In this document: piece after piece, positions 1-10,255 of the stretch
Layout of the letters: every line of letters begins with the position of its first letter
How positions within the stretch are numbered: position 1 is the stretch's first letter
IMG/VR virus record: IMGVR_UViG_2563366756_000009
Location: 23,904 to 87,903 of that record
Direction: 5' to 3' (one strand)
Length of the DNA stretch: 64,000 nt
From: a virus
Taxonomy: Duplodnaviria > Caudoviricetes
Position numbers and translations under genes: made by a program
Notes under the pieces: generated by a model
Database searches by the model: none
Told to the model about the DNA's origin: nothing
Seen by the model: only the letters and a program-made list of their open reading frames with translations

Positions 1-255
1 CGCGCCGATGCGTTTTCCGTCTATGCGCTGGAGTTTCGCACCGCCTGGATGGAGTCGTCGTTGTTTCTCGGCACGTTCCCCGCAGAGGATTCGACGGCCC
101 CGATCGATGACCTGTTCGCCCGGTACGGGGGGCAGATGGACCCGCCTAGCCCGGACTGGCAAGCGACGCTCATGCGCTACTACCTGCACCCCGACCAGAA
201 GGGACCGCCCAATGCGTCGGATCGAGTACTGATGAGAGACAAGGAAAAATCATGA
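1..255 (+). CDS. Mu gp37-like (DUF1834) tail terminator, C-terminal part, 5' truncated by window
   Basis: Frame 1 open from base 1 (..FSVYALEFRTAW..); position just before DUF2635 and sheath. Confidence 0.55.
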   Translation, partial: RADAFSVYALEFRTAWMESSLFLGTFPAEDSTAPIDDLFARYGGQMDPPSPDWQATLMRYYLHPDQKGPPNASDRVLMRDKEKS

Positions 256-464
256 AAGTGATTGCACGAGACGGGCTCCGAGTGCCCAGGGAATTTGCCG
301 CACGTGAGTACATCACCGACGCCCAGGCGCAGGACGTGCCCGATACGGCGTACTACCAGCGCCGCGTTGCGGAGGGCGATCTCATCGTCCGTGACGCAGT
401 GCCTGCCGCGCCGGTAGATCCGAGCGCCGCACAGATTTCCAGTAAGCCTGCGAAAGGAGCCTGA
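252..464 (+). CDS. DUF2635 / Mu gp38-like small tail protein
   Basis: GLRVPRE..YIT..VPDTAYYQRRVAEGDL motif; precedes sheath. Confidence 0.8.
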   Translation: MKVIARDGLRVPREFAAREYITDAQAQDVPDTAYYQRRVAEGDLIVRDAVPAAPVDPSAAQISSKPAKGA

Positions 465-466
465 GC

Positions 467-1891
467 ATGGCAAGCGAACACATTGCGTTTGACACGATCC
501 CGTCCGGGATCCGTAAGCCGGGCAAGCACTTCGAGTACAACACCAAGCTCGCGGTGCGCACACTGCCCACCAATGAGCAATCGGTGCTGATTGTCGGTCA
601 GCGCACGGCCGATGGCACAGTCCCCAAGCTCACGCCGGTCGACGTGTTCTCCGGTGACCAAGCGGCAACGTGCTTTGGCGCAGGCTCACTCGCACACATC
701 GCAGCGGTCGCGGCCATGACGGCCAACCGCTACGTGGCACTGACCGTCATCGCGCTCGACGACGATGCAGCAGGACAGCCCGCCCAGGCCACCGTGGAAT
801 TTACCGGGACGGCGACGACGCCCGGCGCATTTGCGCTCTATATCGGCAACACTCGCGTGAATGTTGCGGTCAATACCAGTGATACGCCTGCACAGGTCGC
901 GGCGCGATTCGAGGCGCAACTCAAGCAGTTGCCAGCGTTGCCGGTCACGGCCAAAGCGACCGAGGCGAAGCTGGCGCTCACGGCCAAGAACAAGGGCGCA
1001 GCGGGTAACGGCATCGTGTTGTCGCAATTGGCGCAGGTCGCCGGGGTGACGGCCAAGATCACGGCGTTTGCCGGTGGCCTGAACGATCCGGATATCGCCC
1101 CGGCGCTCGCGGCAGTCTTCGGGGCCAAGTACAACCTGTACGTCACCTGCTGGCCGACTGAGACGTCGCTCACCAAACTGCGCACGCACCTGGATAGCAT
1201 TTCCCACGCTATGGAGCAGCGTCCTGCTGTGGGTGTGGCGGGTACGCCCGGCACGCTGGCGGTGTCCACCACGCTCGCCGGAGCACTTAACGCTGGGCGT
1301 ATCACCTTGGGCTGGTATTGCGGTTCGGTGAGCCTGCCCGCAGAGATTGCAGCAGCCTATGCGGCGACTATCGCAAGCGAAACGGATCCTGCGCGCCCAC
1401 TCAATACGCTGCCGCTTGAGGGATTGGATGTCACGCCGGTGACGGCGCACCCAGGCCGCACCGAGCAGGAAAACGCTTTGCACAACGGAGTGACGCCCTT
1501 CGAAGTCGGCCCTGGCAACAAGGTGCAGATCGTGCGCTCGATCATGATGTACACCAAGGATGCGCAGGGCATGGATGATCCGTCATTGCTCGACATCACC
1601 ACGATCCGTTCGCTCGACTTCGCCCGTAAGGCGTGGCTACAGCGCGTGTCGTTGCGCTTTCCGCGCGAGAAGCTGGTGGCGAAGAAGACGCCGGACAAGG
1701 TGCGTAGCGAATTGCTCGATGTGGCCTACAAACTCGAAGAGCTGGAGATTCTGCAAAACGTGGACGAACACAAGAACCAGCTCATTTGCGAGTTGGATGG
1801 GCAAAGCGTGGGGCAACTCAATGCGGCCTTGCCTGCGAACGTCGTGGCCGGACTTCACGTAATCGCCGGTCGCATCGACCTGATCCTGTAA
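467..1891 (+). CDS. Tail sheath protein (Mu gpL-like)
   Basis: 474 aa; IAFDTIPSGIRKPGKHFEYNT N-terminus, ENALHNGVTP, C-terminal VVAGLHVIAGRIDLIL. Confidence 0.92.
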   Translation: MASEHIAFDTIPSGIRKPGKHFEYNTKLAVRTLPTNEQSVLIVGQRTADGTVPKLTPVDVFSGDQAATCFGAGSLAHIAAVAAMTANRYVALTVIALDDDAAGQPAQATVEFTGTATTPGAFALYIGNTRVNVAVNTSDTPAQVAARFEAQLKQLPALPVTAKATEAKLALTAKNKGAAGNGIVLSQLAQVAGVTAKITAFAGGLNDPDIAPALAAVFGAKYNLYVTCWPTETSLTKLRTHLDSISHAMEQRPAVGVAGTPGTLAVSTTLAGALNAGRITLGWYCGSVSLPAEIAAAYAATIASETDPARPLNTLPLEGLDVTPVTAHPGRTEQENALHNGVTPFEVGPGNKVQIVRSIMMYTKDAQGMDDPSLLDITTIRSLDFARKAWLQRVSLRFPREKLVAKKTPDKVRSELLDVAYKLEELEILQNVDEHKNQLICELDGQSVGQLNAALPANVVAGLHVIAGRIDLIL

Positions 1892-1916
1892 CGCGCGCAC
1901 TCGATAGGAGCCAAAC

Positions 1917-2294
1917 ATGGCATTGGAAGAATACGTCGGCGCGATCGTGATCGAGGTCGACGGCAAAGAGGCCGAGGTGGTGAGCTTCTCGCCCACCTCG
2001 AAGACTGGCAAGAAGCCGGTCAAGACGATGAACCGCACGGGCCGCGTCAAGGGCTTTGCGCGTGGTATCGAAGAACACGAGCTGAAGGTGACGGTGGTGA
2101 TCCCACTCTCGGCCGATGAGGTCGACTGGTGGCGCATGGAGGGCGGCAAGCTCACGCAATTCCCGGTATCCCAGGGCGGCAAGCGTGTGAGCTATTACGA
2201 CTGCGTGACGCTTGACTTGGGCGAGCAGTACAACGTGGATAACGAAGCGCGTCGAGACTTGACGCTGTTTTCGACCCGACGGGTGGAGGAATGA
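1917..2294 (+). CDS. Tail tube protein
   Basis: 125 aa directly after sheath, AGGAG RBS, EYVGAIVIEVDG start. Confidence 0.85.
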   Translation: MALEEYVGAIVIEVDGKEAEVVSFSPTSKTGKKPVKTMNRTGRVKGFARGIEEHELKVTVVIPLSADEVDWWRMEGGKLTQFPVSQGGKRVSYYDCVTLDLGEQYNVDNEARRDLTLFSTRRVEE

Positions 2295-2296
2295 AC

Positions 2297-2686
2297 ATGA
2301 CTGAAAGCGATTCGCTGGACTACGGCATTGAATATCCGGCTGGCAGCGGCCAGTTGCACTATGACTTCACGATTCGTCTGGCGACCGTAGAGGACAACAT
2401 CAACGCTTACGAGCATCCGTCGATCATCGGCGGTGGCGTGTCCAATATGCGCGTGAACGCGGCGCTCGTGGCGTCGTGCCTGGTGTCGCTGGGCACGATT
2501 CCGAAAGAGGCAATCACGCCCGAGCTGATCGGCACGGCCGTCGACGGCGATTTTGACCGACTGTGGGCGGCGCAGGAGGTGCTCAAAAAAAAGCGCAAGC
2601 GCGTGAGCGCCACCTCGGCAACTTCCGGCGCGCCGTCCTCATCCTCGGCCCCTGCGGCTTCACCGAAGCCAGAATCCGCGAACTGA
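2297..2686 (+). CDS. Tail assembly chaperone (G-like)
   Basis: Between tube and tape measure; GGAGG 7 nt before ATG 2297; contains A8G slippery run. Confidence 0.8.
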   Translation: MTESDSLDYGIEYPAGSGQLHYDFTIRLATVEDNINAYEHPSIIGGGVSNMRVNAALVASCLVSLGTIPKEAITPELIGTAVDGDFDRLWAAQEVLKKKRKRVSATSATSGAPSSSSAPAASPKPESAN

Positions 2687-2811
2687 GCGAGCCCGAACTG
2701 GATGCTTACCTGGGCGCCTATCTCGAGCTGCGCGGTGTCAGGGTGAATGAGAAGTCGGGCACCGGCCCCACCGTCAAGAGCTTGCGGCGCAAACCACCCA
2801 AGCGGAAATAG
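2587..2811 (+). other. -1 programmed frameshift site (A AAA AAG, 2587-2593) and T-like extension to stop at 2811
   Basis: Canonical X XXY YYZ heptamer in chaperone frame; -1 frame open to TAG just before tape measure. Confidence 0.8.
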
Positions 2812-2820
2812 GAAAGAGGC

Positions 2821-5037
2821 ATGTCACGGGATCTCGAAGTTGGCCTGACACTGCGCATGCGCGACGCCGCATCAGGCCCCACGCAGCAGGCCGAGCGCAA
2901 TGTCCAGCGCAGCATCAAGGCGACCGAGCGCACCTACACCGATGCGTCTCGCGTCGAGATCACGTCCAGCCGTGCGCTATACACCCTGCGTGCGGGTGAA
3001 TCGACCCGCAGCGAGCAGCAGATCCAGCGCAACGTCGTCCAGACCGAGGCGGCCTATGTGCGCTCAAACCGCAATGTGCTGATGGGCTCGCAGCGCCTGG
3101 CCGAGGCGCGCTCGGTGCTCGATGTGCGCTCCGAGCAGACGGTGCAACGTGAAATCAATCAGACCATCGCCGCTTACAACCGGCTCCAGCGCGCCGGGTT
3201 TGCTTCGGCCAATGAGCAGGCGCGCGCGTTTGTCGCGTTGCAGAAGAAGGTCGCCGACCTCAACAAAGAGCTGGGCAAGACGGTGGAGAAACAAGGTCTC
3301 CTCTCGCGGGGAGTGAGCGGCGTTCACCACATTGGCGAGGGTATTGCGGGAGCCTACGCTGGCTCTCGCGTTATTGCGGGGCCGGTGGACCGCACGATGC
3401 AGTTCGATATGCGCATGGCCTTGATGGCGAACACGGCCTATCGCAACCTGACACCGAAAGAGCGCGTCAAGAAGACGGAGGAGCTGCGCCACGCGATTTA
3501 CCGGGCCGTGGGCGAAGGCGGAGGCACGTTGGAGCAAGCGGAAGAAGCGTTGGAAAAGCTGCTCTCTCACGACGTTTTCGGACATAAGGCGGCGTTTGAA
3601 TTGCTGCCGCGTCTTCAGAAAGGCGCGATGGCCGAAGGCGCCGATTCTGTTGAGCTGGGCAACATTGCTGCGAGATCGGTGCAGAGTATGCGCATTCCTG
3701 AAAAGGATGCCGGGATCGTGACGGATATGGCCGCAGCGGGCGGTCACACGGGAGAGTTCAAGATCCGCGATTTGGCTCGCTACCTACCCGAGCAAATGGC
3801 AGCAGCCGCCAACGCAGGCTTTTCCGGTCCGAAAGGGATCGCGACCATCATTGCCATGAACGAGGCCGCCATGACGACGGCGGGCACGACGGGACAGGCG
3901 GGCACCAACGTTCAGGACTTACTTCACCACCTGTCGAGCACGGATTTGGCGCACCGCGCCAAGCGTGCCGGGATCGCCAACTTCGACGAGGTCAAGATCA
4001 AGACGCAGGAGCGAGGCGGCAACATGCTCGATGCGGTCGAGGCGATGACGCAGACGATTCTCGGGAAGAACCCAAAGTATCAAGAGGTCCAGCGCAAGTT
4101 GAAAACGGCCTCGCCCGGCGAGCGCAAGGAACTGCTCACCGATATGTCAAACCTGATCCAGGGCTCGGCCATCGGGAAGCTGTTCGGCAATCAACAGGCA
4201 GTGATGGCCTTGACCGCCTACATGACGCAAAAGGATAAGTACCGGGAAGCCTACAACGCTTCAATGAAGGAGTGGGACCGTGGCGGGGGCATGATTGCCA
4301 GCGACTTCGAGGTGGTCAAAGGCATGGACGGGTTCAAAGCGCAGCAGCTTAAGAATGAGGCGGAGATTGCCGAGATGGAAGCGCTTCGTGGCCTCAACGA
4401 AAAGCTGGGCGACGCGGCGGGAAAGCTGGCGGACTACGCGAAGGAATACCCGGGTCTCGCGAAAGCGATCGCGGGCACGACACTGGCGTTCGAGGGGCTC
4501 ACCGGTGTATTGACTGGCATCGGTCTGATGCGATTGGTGACGGGGGGCGGTGCCGCAGCAGCGGGCGCAGGCGCTGGAGTCGCTGCCGAGGCGGGGTTGT
4601 TTGCGCGCGGAGCAGGTCTTGCCCGGTGGGCCGGCCCTGTCGGGGCAATCGTGGCGGGCGTGGCAGAGGCGGCATCGGTCTATAACGACCCGTCAAAGAC
4701 CGCTGACGAGAAGAAAGCGGGTTATGTAGGCGCGGCGGGGGCTGGACTGGGGACCTGGGCAGGTATTTCGGCGGGGGCGGCCGCAGGCGCGGCAATCGGA
4801 TCCATTGTGCCTGGCATTGGCACTGCCGTCGGAGGCGTTGTCGGCGGGTTCGCCGGGGGTTATCTCGGTGGTGATTGGGGCGACAAGCTTGGCAAAACCA
4901 TCGGCGAAGCCATCTTTGCTCAGAAGAAGGACGAAAAGCCACCGGTCATCGAGAATCACGTTGTGTTCCACGTCGACGCGCACAACTTTCAGGAATTCAT
5001 TGCCATGAGTTCTCAGCGCACGGCATTTAGGTATTGA
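2821..5037 (+). CDS. Tail tape measure protein
   Basis: 738 aa, helical Ala/Gly-rich, follows chaperone. Confidence 0.9.
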   Translation: MSRDLEVGLTLRMRDAASGPTQQAERNVQRSIKATERTYTDASRVEITSSRALYTLRAGESTRSEQQIQRNVVQTEAAYVRSNRNVLMGSQRLAEARSVLDVRSEQTVQREINQTIAAYNRLQRAGFASANEQARAFVALQKKVADLNKELGKTVEKQGLLSRGVSGVHHIGEGIAGAYAGSRVIAGPVDRTMQFDMRMALMANTAYRNLTPKERVKKTEELRHAIYRAVGEGGGTLEQAEEALEKLLSHDVFGHKAAFELLPRLQKGAMAEGADSVELGNIAARSVQSMRIPEKDAGIVTDMAAAGGHTGEFKIRDLARYLPEQMAAAANAGFSGPKGIATIIAMNEAAMTTAGTTGQAGTNVQDLLHHLSSTDLAHRAKRAGIANFDEVKIKTQERGGNMLDAVEAMTQTILGKNPKYQEVQRKLKTASPGERKELLTDMSNLIQGSAIGKLFGNQQAVMALTAYMTQKDKYREAYNASMKEWDRGGGMIASDFEVVKGMDGFKAQQLKNEAEIAEMEALRGLNEKLGDAAGKLADYAKEYPGLAKAIAGTTLAFEGLTGVLTGIGLMRLVTGGGAAAAGAGAGVAAEAGLFARGAGLARWAGPVGAIVAGVAEAASVYNDPSKTADEKKAGYVGAAGAGLGTWAGISAGAAAGAAIGSIVPGIGTAVGGVVGGFAGGYLGGDWGDKLGKTIGEAIFAQKKDEKPPVIENHVVFHVDAHNFQEFIAMSSQRTAFRY

Positions 5038-5038
5038 T

Positions 5039-6487
5039 ATGGCCTGGAAAGATACCTTGCTTGATGCGTCATTCCGGGGCGTCGCATTTGACGTGCAACG
5101 CACCTCGGACGGGATCGAAAAGGACACGGCACACTACGCGTCGCCCTACGTCGACGGCGAGGACATCCGTGACCTGGGCCTCAAAGCCCACGACGTGAGC
5201 CTCACGGCCATTATCTTCGGCGACGACTACGAGCGGCGTATGAAGGCACTGCTCGACGCACTCACCGTCAAGGGCGCGGGCGAGCTGATCCACCCGGTAT
5301 TCGGCTCACTGCCGAACATGCAGTTCATGACGGCGCACGTCTCACACGACGCTGAAAACGTCGATGCGTGCCAGATCGAAATGCACTTCAAACGGGCGAC
5401 CCCAGGCAATCCGTTTTTCATCGATCGTCAGGCGAGTCAGATCGCGGACGCGGCGACGAGCAAGGCTGCTGCGGCTCAGCAGGCGGGCGCTTCGATGTTC
5501 GATAAGGCGGTGGGCGCACTCAAGATGGCGAAGGCAGGGTTGCGCCGCTTGAACGCATTTCGCAACGTGATGAATAAAACGCTCGGGGCGATCAAATCGT
5601 TTGTTGCCGATGTGAAACAGACGGCCCTCGATTTTCTGACGTTTCCTGGCGCTTTTGCCTCAGACCTGATGGGCATGGTCACGAGCGTGTGTGACTTCCG
5701 CATGTTCGATCCGGGCCTCATCATGTCCGACTGGACGGATCTGAAACACCAGATGCACGACATAATCAAATTGCCTGCTGGTGTGGCATCCGGTCACGTG
5801 GAGTCCTTGTCGAATGGAGCGGCAACACCGCTCACGCACGCGCTCCGCCCGTCGCCCGAGTCCGTATCGAGCTTCGATCCGCGTGCCCCTTACGCTGCGA
5901 AGAAATCCAGTGTCATCGCTGCGGCCGCATCGGATGTGGCGCTTGTGCGGGCCGTCACGGCCACGACCGTGTCTACCGCGATGGCCTCTGTGGCGGCAAC
6001 GCTGCTCGCGCGCGAAGCGGAGCGGATCACGACCGTGCGTTCCCCGGCACCGCTGCCGGAGACGGGCTCAGCGCAGGTCGCGTCTACGCCGCAGGCGTCC
6101 CGTGACCAACCCGTCAATGCTCAGACGACACCCGCTGGCCCAGCCCTGACACCCGCCCAGGTCGAGCAAATCGCAGGCGACACACGCGAATTGCTCCAGA
6201 TTGCCATCGACGCCGTGCGTGCGGCCGTGCCGGTCGAGGAGTCCCACCCGGTAGTCGAGCGGTTGAAGGACACAGCGCAAGCCATCCAGCAACTGGCCAT
6301 CAAGGTGATTGATGTGTTGCCCCCGATTGTCACGCGCACCGTGCACGCCCCGGCCAATCTCACATTGATCGCCCACCTCTGGTACGGCGATTACCGTCGC
6401 GCGTCCGAGTTGCAGCGCCTGAACCCGCAACTGCGCAATCCCAACTTTATCGAACGTGGGGAGGTACTCAGTGGATTCGCCCAATGA
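5039..6487 (+). CDS. DNA circularization / tail protein (Mu gpN-like)
   Basis: WKDTLLDASFRGVAF N-terminus, LIHPVFG, C-terminal LIAHLWYGDYRRASEL..LNPQLRNPNFI. Confidence 0.9.
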   Translation: MAWKDTLLDASFRGVAFDVQRTSDGIEKDTAHYASPYVDGEDIRDLGLKAHDVSLTAIIFGDDYERRMKALLDALTVKGAGELIHPVFGSLPNMQFMTAHVSHDAENVDACQIEMHFKRATPGNPFFIDRQASQIADAATSKAAAAQQAGASMFDKAVGALKMAKAGLRRLNAFRNVMNKTLGAIKSFVADVKQTALDFLTFPGAFASDLMGMVTSVCDFRMFDPGLIMSDWTDLKHQMHDIIKLPAGVASGHVESLSNGAATPLTHALRPSPESVSSFDPRAPYAAKKSSVIAAAASDVALVRAVTATTVSTAMASVAATLLAREAERITTVRSPAPLPETGSAQVASTPQASRDQPVNAQTTPAGPALTPAQVEQIAGDTRELLQIAIDAVRAAVPVEESHPVVERLKDTAQAIQQLAIKVIDVLPPIVTRTVHAPANLTLIAHLWYGDYRRASELQRLNPQLRNPNFIERGEVLSGFAQ

Positions 6488-7601
6488 CGGCGTCACGCTG
6501 CTGATCGACGGCCATTCGCACGCCTATTGGTCGGCCTACTCGATTGACTCTGATCTGCTGATCCCGGCAGACGCGTGGCAAGTCACGCTCACGCAGCCTG
6601 AGGGGAAGCTGCCCGGACAAGCCCGGGCCGGGGCGCATGTCGAAGTGCGGATGGGACGTGACACGGTACTGATGGGCTATGTCGACAGCGTGCAGCGCAA
6701 GACGAGCAAGCGAGAGAAGTCGCTTGCGCTGCACGGGCGTGACTACGCGGCCATCCTGCGTGACTGCTCGGCCCCGATCTTTACCGCCAGACAGGTGACG
6801 CTTGCCGAGGTGGCGTCGAGCATCGTCAAGCCGCTGGGCATCTCGACGGTACGCATTGACGCAAAAAGCACCGGCTACACCTGGGACAAAATCACCGTCG
6901 ATCCGGGCGACACGGCGTGGGACGTGCTCAGGCACGCCGCCGAGGGTGAGGGACTTTGGCCGTGGTTCGAACCCGACGGTACATTGATCGTTGGAGGTCC
7001 GGACTACAACGCACCGCCCGTGGCGAGCCTCATCCTGCGCGAGAGCGGCAAGGGCAATAACGTTGAATGGTTCGAGGAATCCCGCTCGGTGGCCGAGCGT
7101 CACTCCGAGGTAACGGTCCTCGGCCAGACGCACGGCACGCACAGCGAGCCCGGCAAGCACGCGATCAAAGTCACGGTGAAGGATCCCACCGTGCCTGTCT
7201 ATCGTCCGAAGATCCATGTCGATCACGACGCACCGAATCTCGCGGCCGCCGAGGCGCGTGCCAAAAAGATCATCTCGGACTCAGCGCTGGCGGCTCACAC
7301 GCTGCGCGCGTCCGTGCAGGGCCATCGCACGAGCGACGGCGTGCTGTGGAAGCCCGGCCAGCGGGTACACGTTATCTGGGACGAGTGGGAGATAGATGCC
7401 GTCTATTTCCTGATGGGGCGACGTTTTTCGGGCGGCCGTCCGGGCGGCGAGCACACGCTGCTCAAACTCAAAGAGGATGGCGTGTGGGGGCCGGAGGCGC
7501 ATCCGCACTCGGGGCGTCATCGCCATAGGCAAGAGGGACCATCGCTCCACGTGACCGACGCCACCATTGATGCGACCATCGCAGCGAGCCACGGAAAATG
7601 A
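6471..7601 (+). CDS. Baseplate hub (Mu gpP/gp44-like)
   Basis: GTG start after GGGGAGG; W..YSIDSDLLIPADAW, GRDYAAILRDCSAP. Confidence 0.88.
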   Translation: MDSPNDGVTLLIDGHSHAYWSAYSIDSDLLIPADAWQVTLTQPEGKLPGQARAGAHVEVRMGRDTVLMGYVDSVQRKTSKREKSLALHGRDYAAILRDCSAPIFTARQVTLAEVASSIVKPLGISTVRIDAKSTGYTWDKITVDPGDTAWDVLRHAAEGEGLWPWFEPDGTLIVGGPDYNAPPVASLILRESGKGNNVEWFEESRSVAERHSEVTVLGQTHGTHSEPGKHAIKVTVKDPTVPVYRPKIHVDHDAPNLAAAEARAKKIISDSALAAHTLRASVQGHRTSDGVLWKPGQRVHVIWDEWEIDAVYFLMGRRFSGGRPGGEHTLLKLKEDGVWGPEAHPHSGRHRHRQEGPSLHVTDATIDATIAASHGK

Positions 7602-8200
7602 TTGAGGAAATCGACAAGCGCATTCGGCGCGCACTGGCGAGTTTTCGCCACGCGTTTCGCGGGCTGATTGGCCTTGCCAAAACCGATGGCCCGGTCGTTA
7701 TCATCCAGGGCGAGGGGCTCGCAGGTGAGCCGGTGGTCGATGCGGAACTCTTCCAGCACTACGGCTATACCAGCGCGCCGCCGTCCGGCACGATGATGAT
7801 TGTGGTGCCCATTGGTGGCAGGACAAGCCACAGCATTGTGATTGCCACCGAGCATGGACAGTACCGGCTCAAGGCCCTGAAACCCGGCGAAGTCGCGCTG
7901 TATTCCGACGAGGGAGATTCTGTGCATTTGGCCCGAGGTCGGGTGATGAACATCACCACGAAAACGCTTAATATCACGGCCGAAGAAGCGGTCAACATCG
8001 ATAGCCCGAAGGTCAACGTCAAACATCTGCTCAACGTCGCAGAACAGATCACCGGCCAAGGTGGTTTGAGCGTGTCCGGTGGAGAAGGCGTTGTCGTGGA
8101 TGGCAGCATGAAGGTGAAGGGCGACGTCGAGATCGGCGGCAAGAGCTTCCTTGGTCACAAACATCCGGTGCCGGGTAACGTCACAGACGTTCCGTCTTGA
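7598..8200 (+). CDS. Baseplate spike (Mu gp45 / gpV-like)
   Basis: QHYGYTSAPP, GEVALYSDEG, C-terminal HKH metal motif. Confidence 0.9.
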   Translation: MIEEIDKRIRRALASFRHAFRGLIGLAKTDGPVVIIQGEGLAGEPVVDAELFQHYGYTSAPPSGTMMIVVPIGGRTSHSIVIATEHGQYRLKALKPGEVALYSDEGDSVHLARGRVMNITTKTLNITAEEAVNIDSPKVNVKHLLNVAEQITGQGGLSVSGGEGVVVDGSMKVKGDVEIGGKSFLGHKHPVPGNVTDVPS

Positions 8201-8269
8201 TGGAATACGAGCGCGACCAATGACAGCCGTTGCATTTCTCAGGTCGCGCGTGCCGAGCAAAATCGGCAC

Positions 8270-8620
8270 ATGGACGCTCTGCTCAATCCCCGCACTGGTG
8301 GCTACGCTGGCTCGCAAACGGATTCGTTGGCGAACGCGATCTATATTCGCCTCGAAACACCGCTTGGTTCTTGGTGGGCGGCCCCCAATGTCGGCTCGTT
8401 GCTCCATACGCTGGCCCGAGAAAAGGACACGCCGCGCGTGCGACGCCTGGTCGAGCAATACGCCGAGCAGGCCCTCGCCCCCATCGTTAAGGACGGACGG
8501 GCGACCAAGATCATCCTCAAGGCCGACGCGTGCAATCCCGGCTGGGTCTTGCTACATATCGACGTGCACCAGGCGGCGGGCAAATCGCAGTACTTTCAAT
8601 ACCAGGTCAAGGTGTCGTAA
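8270..8620 (+). CDS. Baseplate wedge protein (Mu gp46-like)
   Basis: LANAIYIRLETPLGSWWAAPNVGSLLH motif. Confidence 0.88.
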   Translation: MDALLNPRTGGYAGSQTDSLANAIYIRLETPLGSWWAAPNVGSLLHTLAREKDTPRVRRLVEQYAEQALAPIVKDGRATKIILKADACNPGWVLLHIDVHQAAGKSQYFQYQVKVS

Positions 8621-9687
8621 TGCCGGGTACGATCCTGACACTCGACCAGGTCCGCGCGAACATGTTGCGCGAGATCCGCAATCAACGCGTGGACGCGCAC
8701 ATCGGAGAAGACTCCGATTATTTCGTGCGTGCGAGCAGCGTTGCCAGTGCCGTCGAAGGACTGTACGCGCACCAGGCGTGGCTTGAGCGGCAAATTTTCC
8801 CTGACACGGCCGACGAGCGAAACCTCATCCTGCACGCGAGGCTGCGCGGCATCGAGCGAAAGACGGCGGTCATCGCTAGCGGCCAAGCGCGCATCGACGG
8901 CAAGCCGCAGAGCGCCGTCGCCAGCGGCTTGAGAGCCAAATACCGAGACGGCACGGCATACATCACGACCTCGGGCGGCACGACCGACGCCACGGGGCAT
9001 CTCCTGGTCGACGTAGAGGCCATCGTCGCCGGGAAGCTCGGCAACCGCGAGGATGGCCAGACGCTCACGCTCACCGTGCCGCCCGCTGGATTCGACGCCA
9101 CGCTTACGATCACCCATCTGCGCGGCGGCACCGAGATCGAATCGCTCGACAGCCTGCTCGCCCGGCTACTCCAACGGATTCGCCGCCCGCCTGCTGGAGG
9201 CAACAAATACGACTATTGGCAGTGGGCCATGGAAGTGCCGGGCGTGTCGGCCGCCTATGTCTACCCGCTGCGTCGAGGGCTGGGCACGGTCGATGTGGTC
9301 ATTGTGACGCACGACGGTCTGCCCTCGGACAAGGTGCTCAAGGCCGTCCAGGCGCGTATCGACGAGATGCGTCCGGTGCGCGCAAAAGACGTGCGCGTGA
9401 TGATGCCGACGATCAAGACGTATGACGTGACGGCGGCCCTCAAGCTTGACGGCCTGACGCTGGACGTGGCGCGCGAGGTAATCACGAGCAGCCTCAAGGC
9501 CTATAGCGCCACGCTCTCGCCTGGCGAAACCGCGATCCGCAATCGCATCGGCGGTGTGATCAACGACACGACCGGTGTCATCGACTACACGCTCGACAGC
9601 CCGGCCGCCAACGTCGTCGCACTCGTTAATGAACACGTGGTCGAGTGGTGCCAACTCGGGAAGGTCGAGTTGCGGGTGATGGCATGA
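8620..9687 (+). CDS. Baseplate J-like protein (Mu gp47)
   Basis: ATG overlaps gp46 TAA; GEDSDYFVRA, PPAGGNKYDYWQWA, YPLRRGLGTVDV. Confidence 0.9.
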   Translation: MPGTILTLDQVRANMLREIRNQRVDAHIGEDSDYFVRASSVASAVEGLYAHQAWLERQIFPDTADERNLILHARLRGIERKTAVIASGQARIDGKPQSAVASGLRAKYRDGTAYITTSGGTTDATGHLLVDVEAIVAGKLGNREDGQTLTLTVPPAGFDATLTITHLRGGTEIESLDSLLARLLQRIRRPPAGGNKYDYWQWAMEVPGVSAAYVYPLRRGLGTVDVVIVTHDGLPSDKVLKAVQARIDEMRPVRAKDVRVMMPTIKTYDVTAALKLDGLTLDVAREVITSSLKAYSATLSPGETAIRNRIGGVINDTTGVIDYTLDSPAANVVALVNEHVVEWCQLGKVELRVMA

Positions 9688-10253
9688 GTCACGCCGAGCT
9701 GCTCAGCCAGTTGCTCCCACCGGTGTCGTATGCGCCGGGCGAGCCGAATCTGGCGCTGGGACTCATGGTTGAGGGCATGGCGCTCGATCGTGCGCTGGCC
9801 GACGCTGAGGCGATCGAGGATGCAATCACCCCGTACTACGCCCATCAATATTTGCCGGACTGGGAGCGCGTGTGCGGCCTCGCGCCGAAGCCAGATGCGA
9901 CGCTTCAGCAACGTGTCTCGACTGTTGTAGCAAAGCTCAATGAAACCGGTGGCTTGTCGATCCCGTATTTCATGCGGCTGGCCGCTGCGCTGGGCTATCG
10001 GATCGAGATCGTCGAGCCGGAACCGTTTCGCGTGGACGAGGCGTGCGTTGGGGACGCGCTATGGAACGAGAACATTGTGGACCAGTGGGGCGTGATCGTG
10101 CACGGCGCACCGGAGCTGACGTACGACTTTCGCGTTGACGAGAGCACCGTTGGTGAGCCGTTGATGGCCTTCTCCGATCCCATCCTCGAAGCCATGTTTC
10201 GTGATCTCAAACCGGCAGACACCTTCGTCTACTTTCAATATCTGGACAAATAA
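9684..10253 (+). CDS. YmfQ/DUF2313 baseplate protein (Mu gp48-like)
   Basis: LPDWERVCGL, GGLSIPYFMRLAAALGY, LKPADT. Confidence 0.88.
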   Translation: MSHAELLSQLLPPVSYAPGEPNLALGLMVEGMALDRALADAEAIEDAITPYYAHQYLPDWERVCGLAPKPDATLQQRVSTVVAKLNETGGLSIPYFMRLAAALGYRIEIVEPEPFRVDEACVGDALWNENIVDQWGVIVHGAPELTYDFRVDESTVGEPLMAFSDPILEAMFRDLKPADTFVYFQYLDK

Positions 10254-10255
10254 CC

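Noticed and set aside
686-1483. Long antisense ORFs (also 16.5-19.0 kb extensions, 35043-35735, 41477-42394, 50936-52261 and many others)
   Set aside because: They are shadows of well-supported genes on the other strand, typical of high-GC DNA, with no RBS or motifs.
6053-6067. LPETG sortase-like motif in gpN
   Set aside because: It is internal in a low-complexity linker of a phage protein in a Gram-negative context, with no TM or charged tail.
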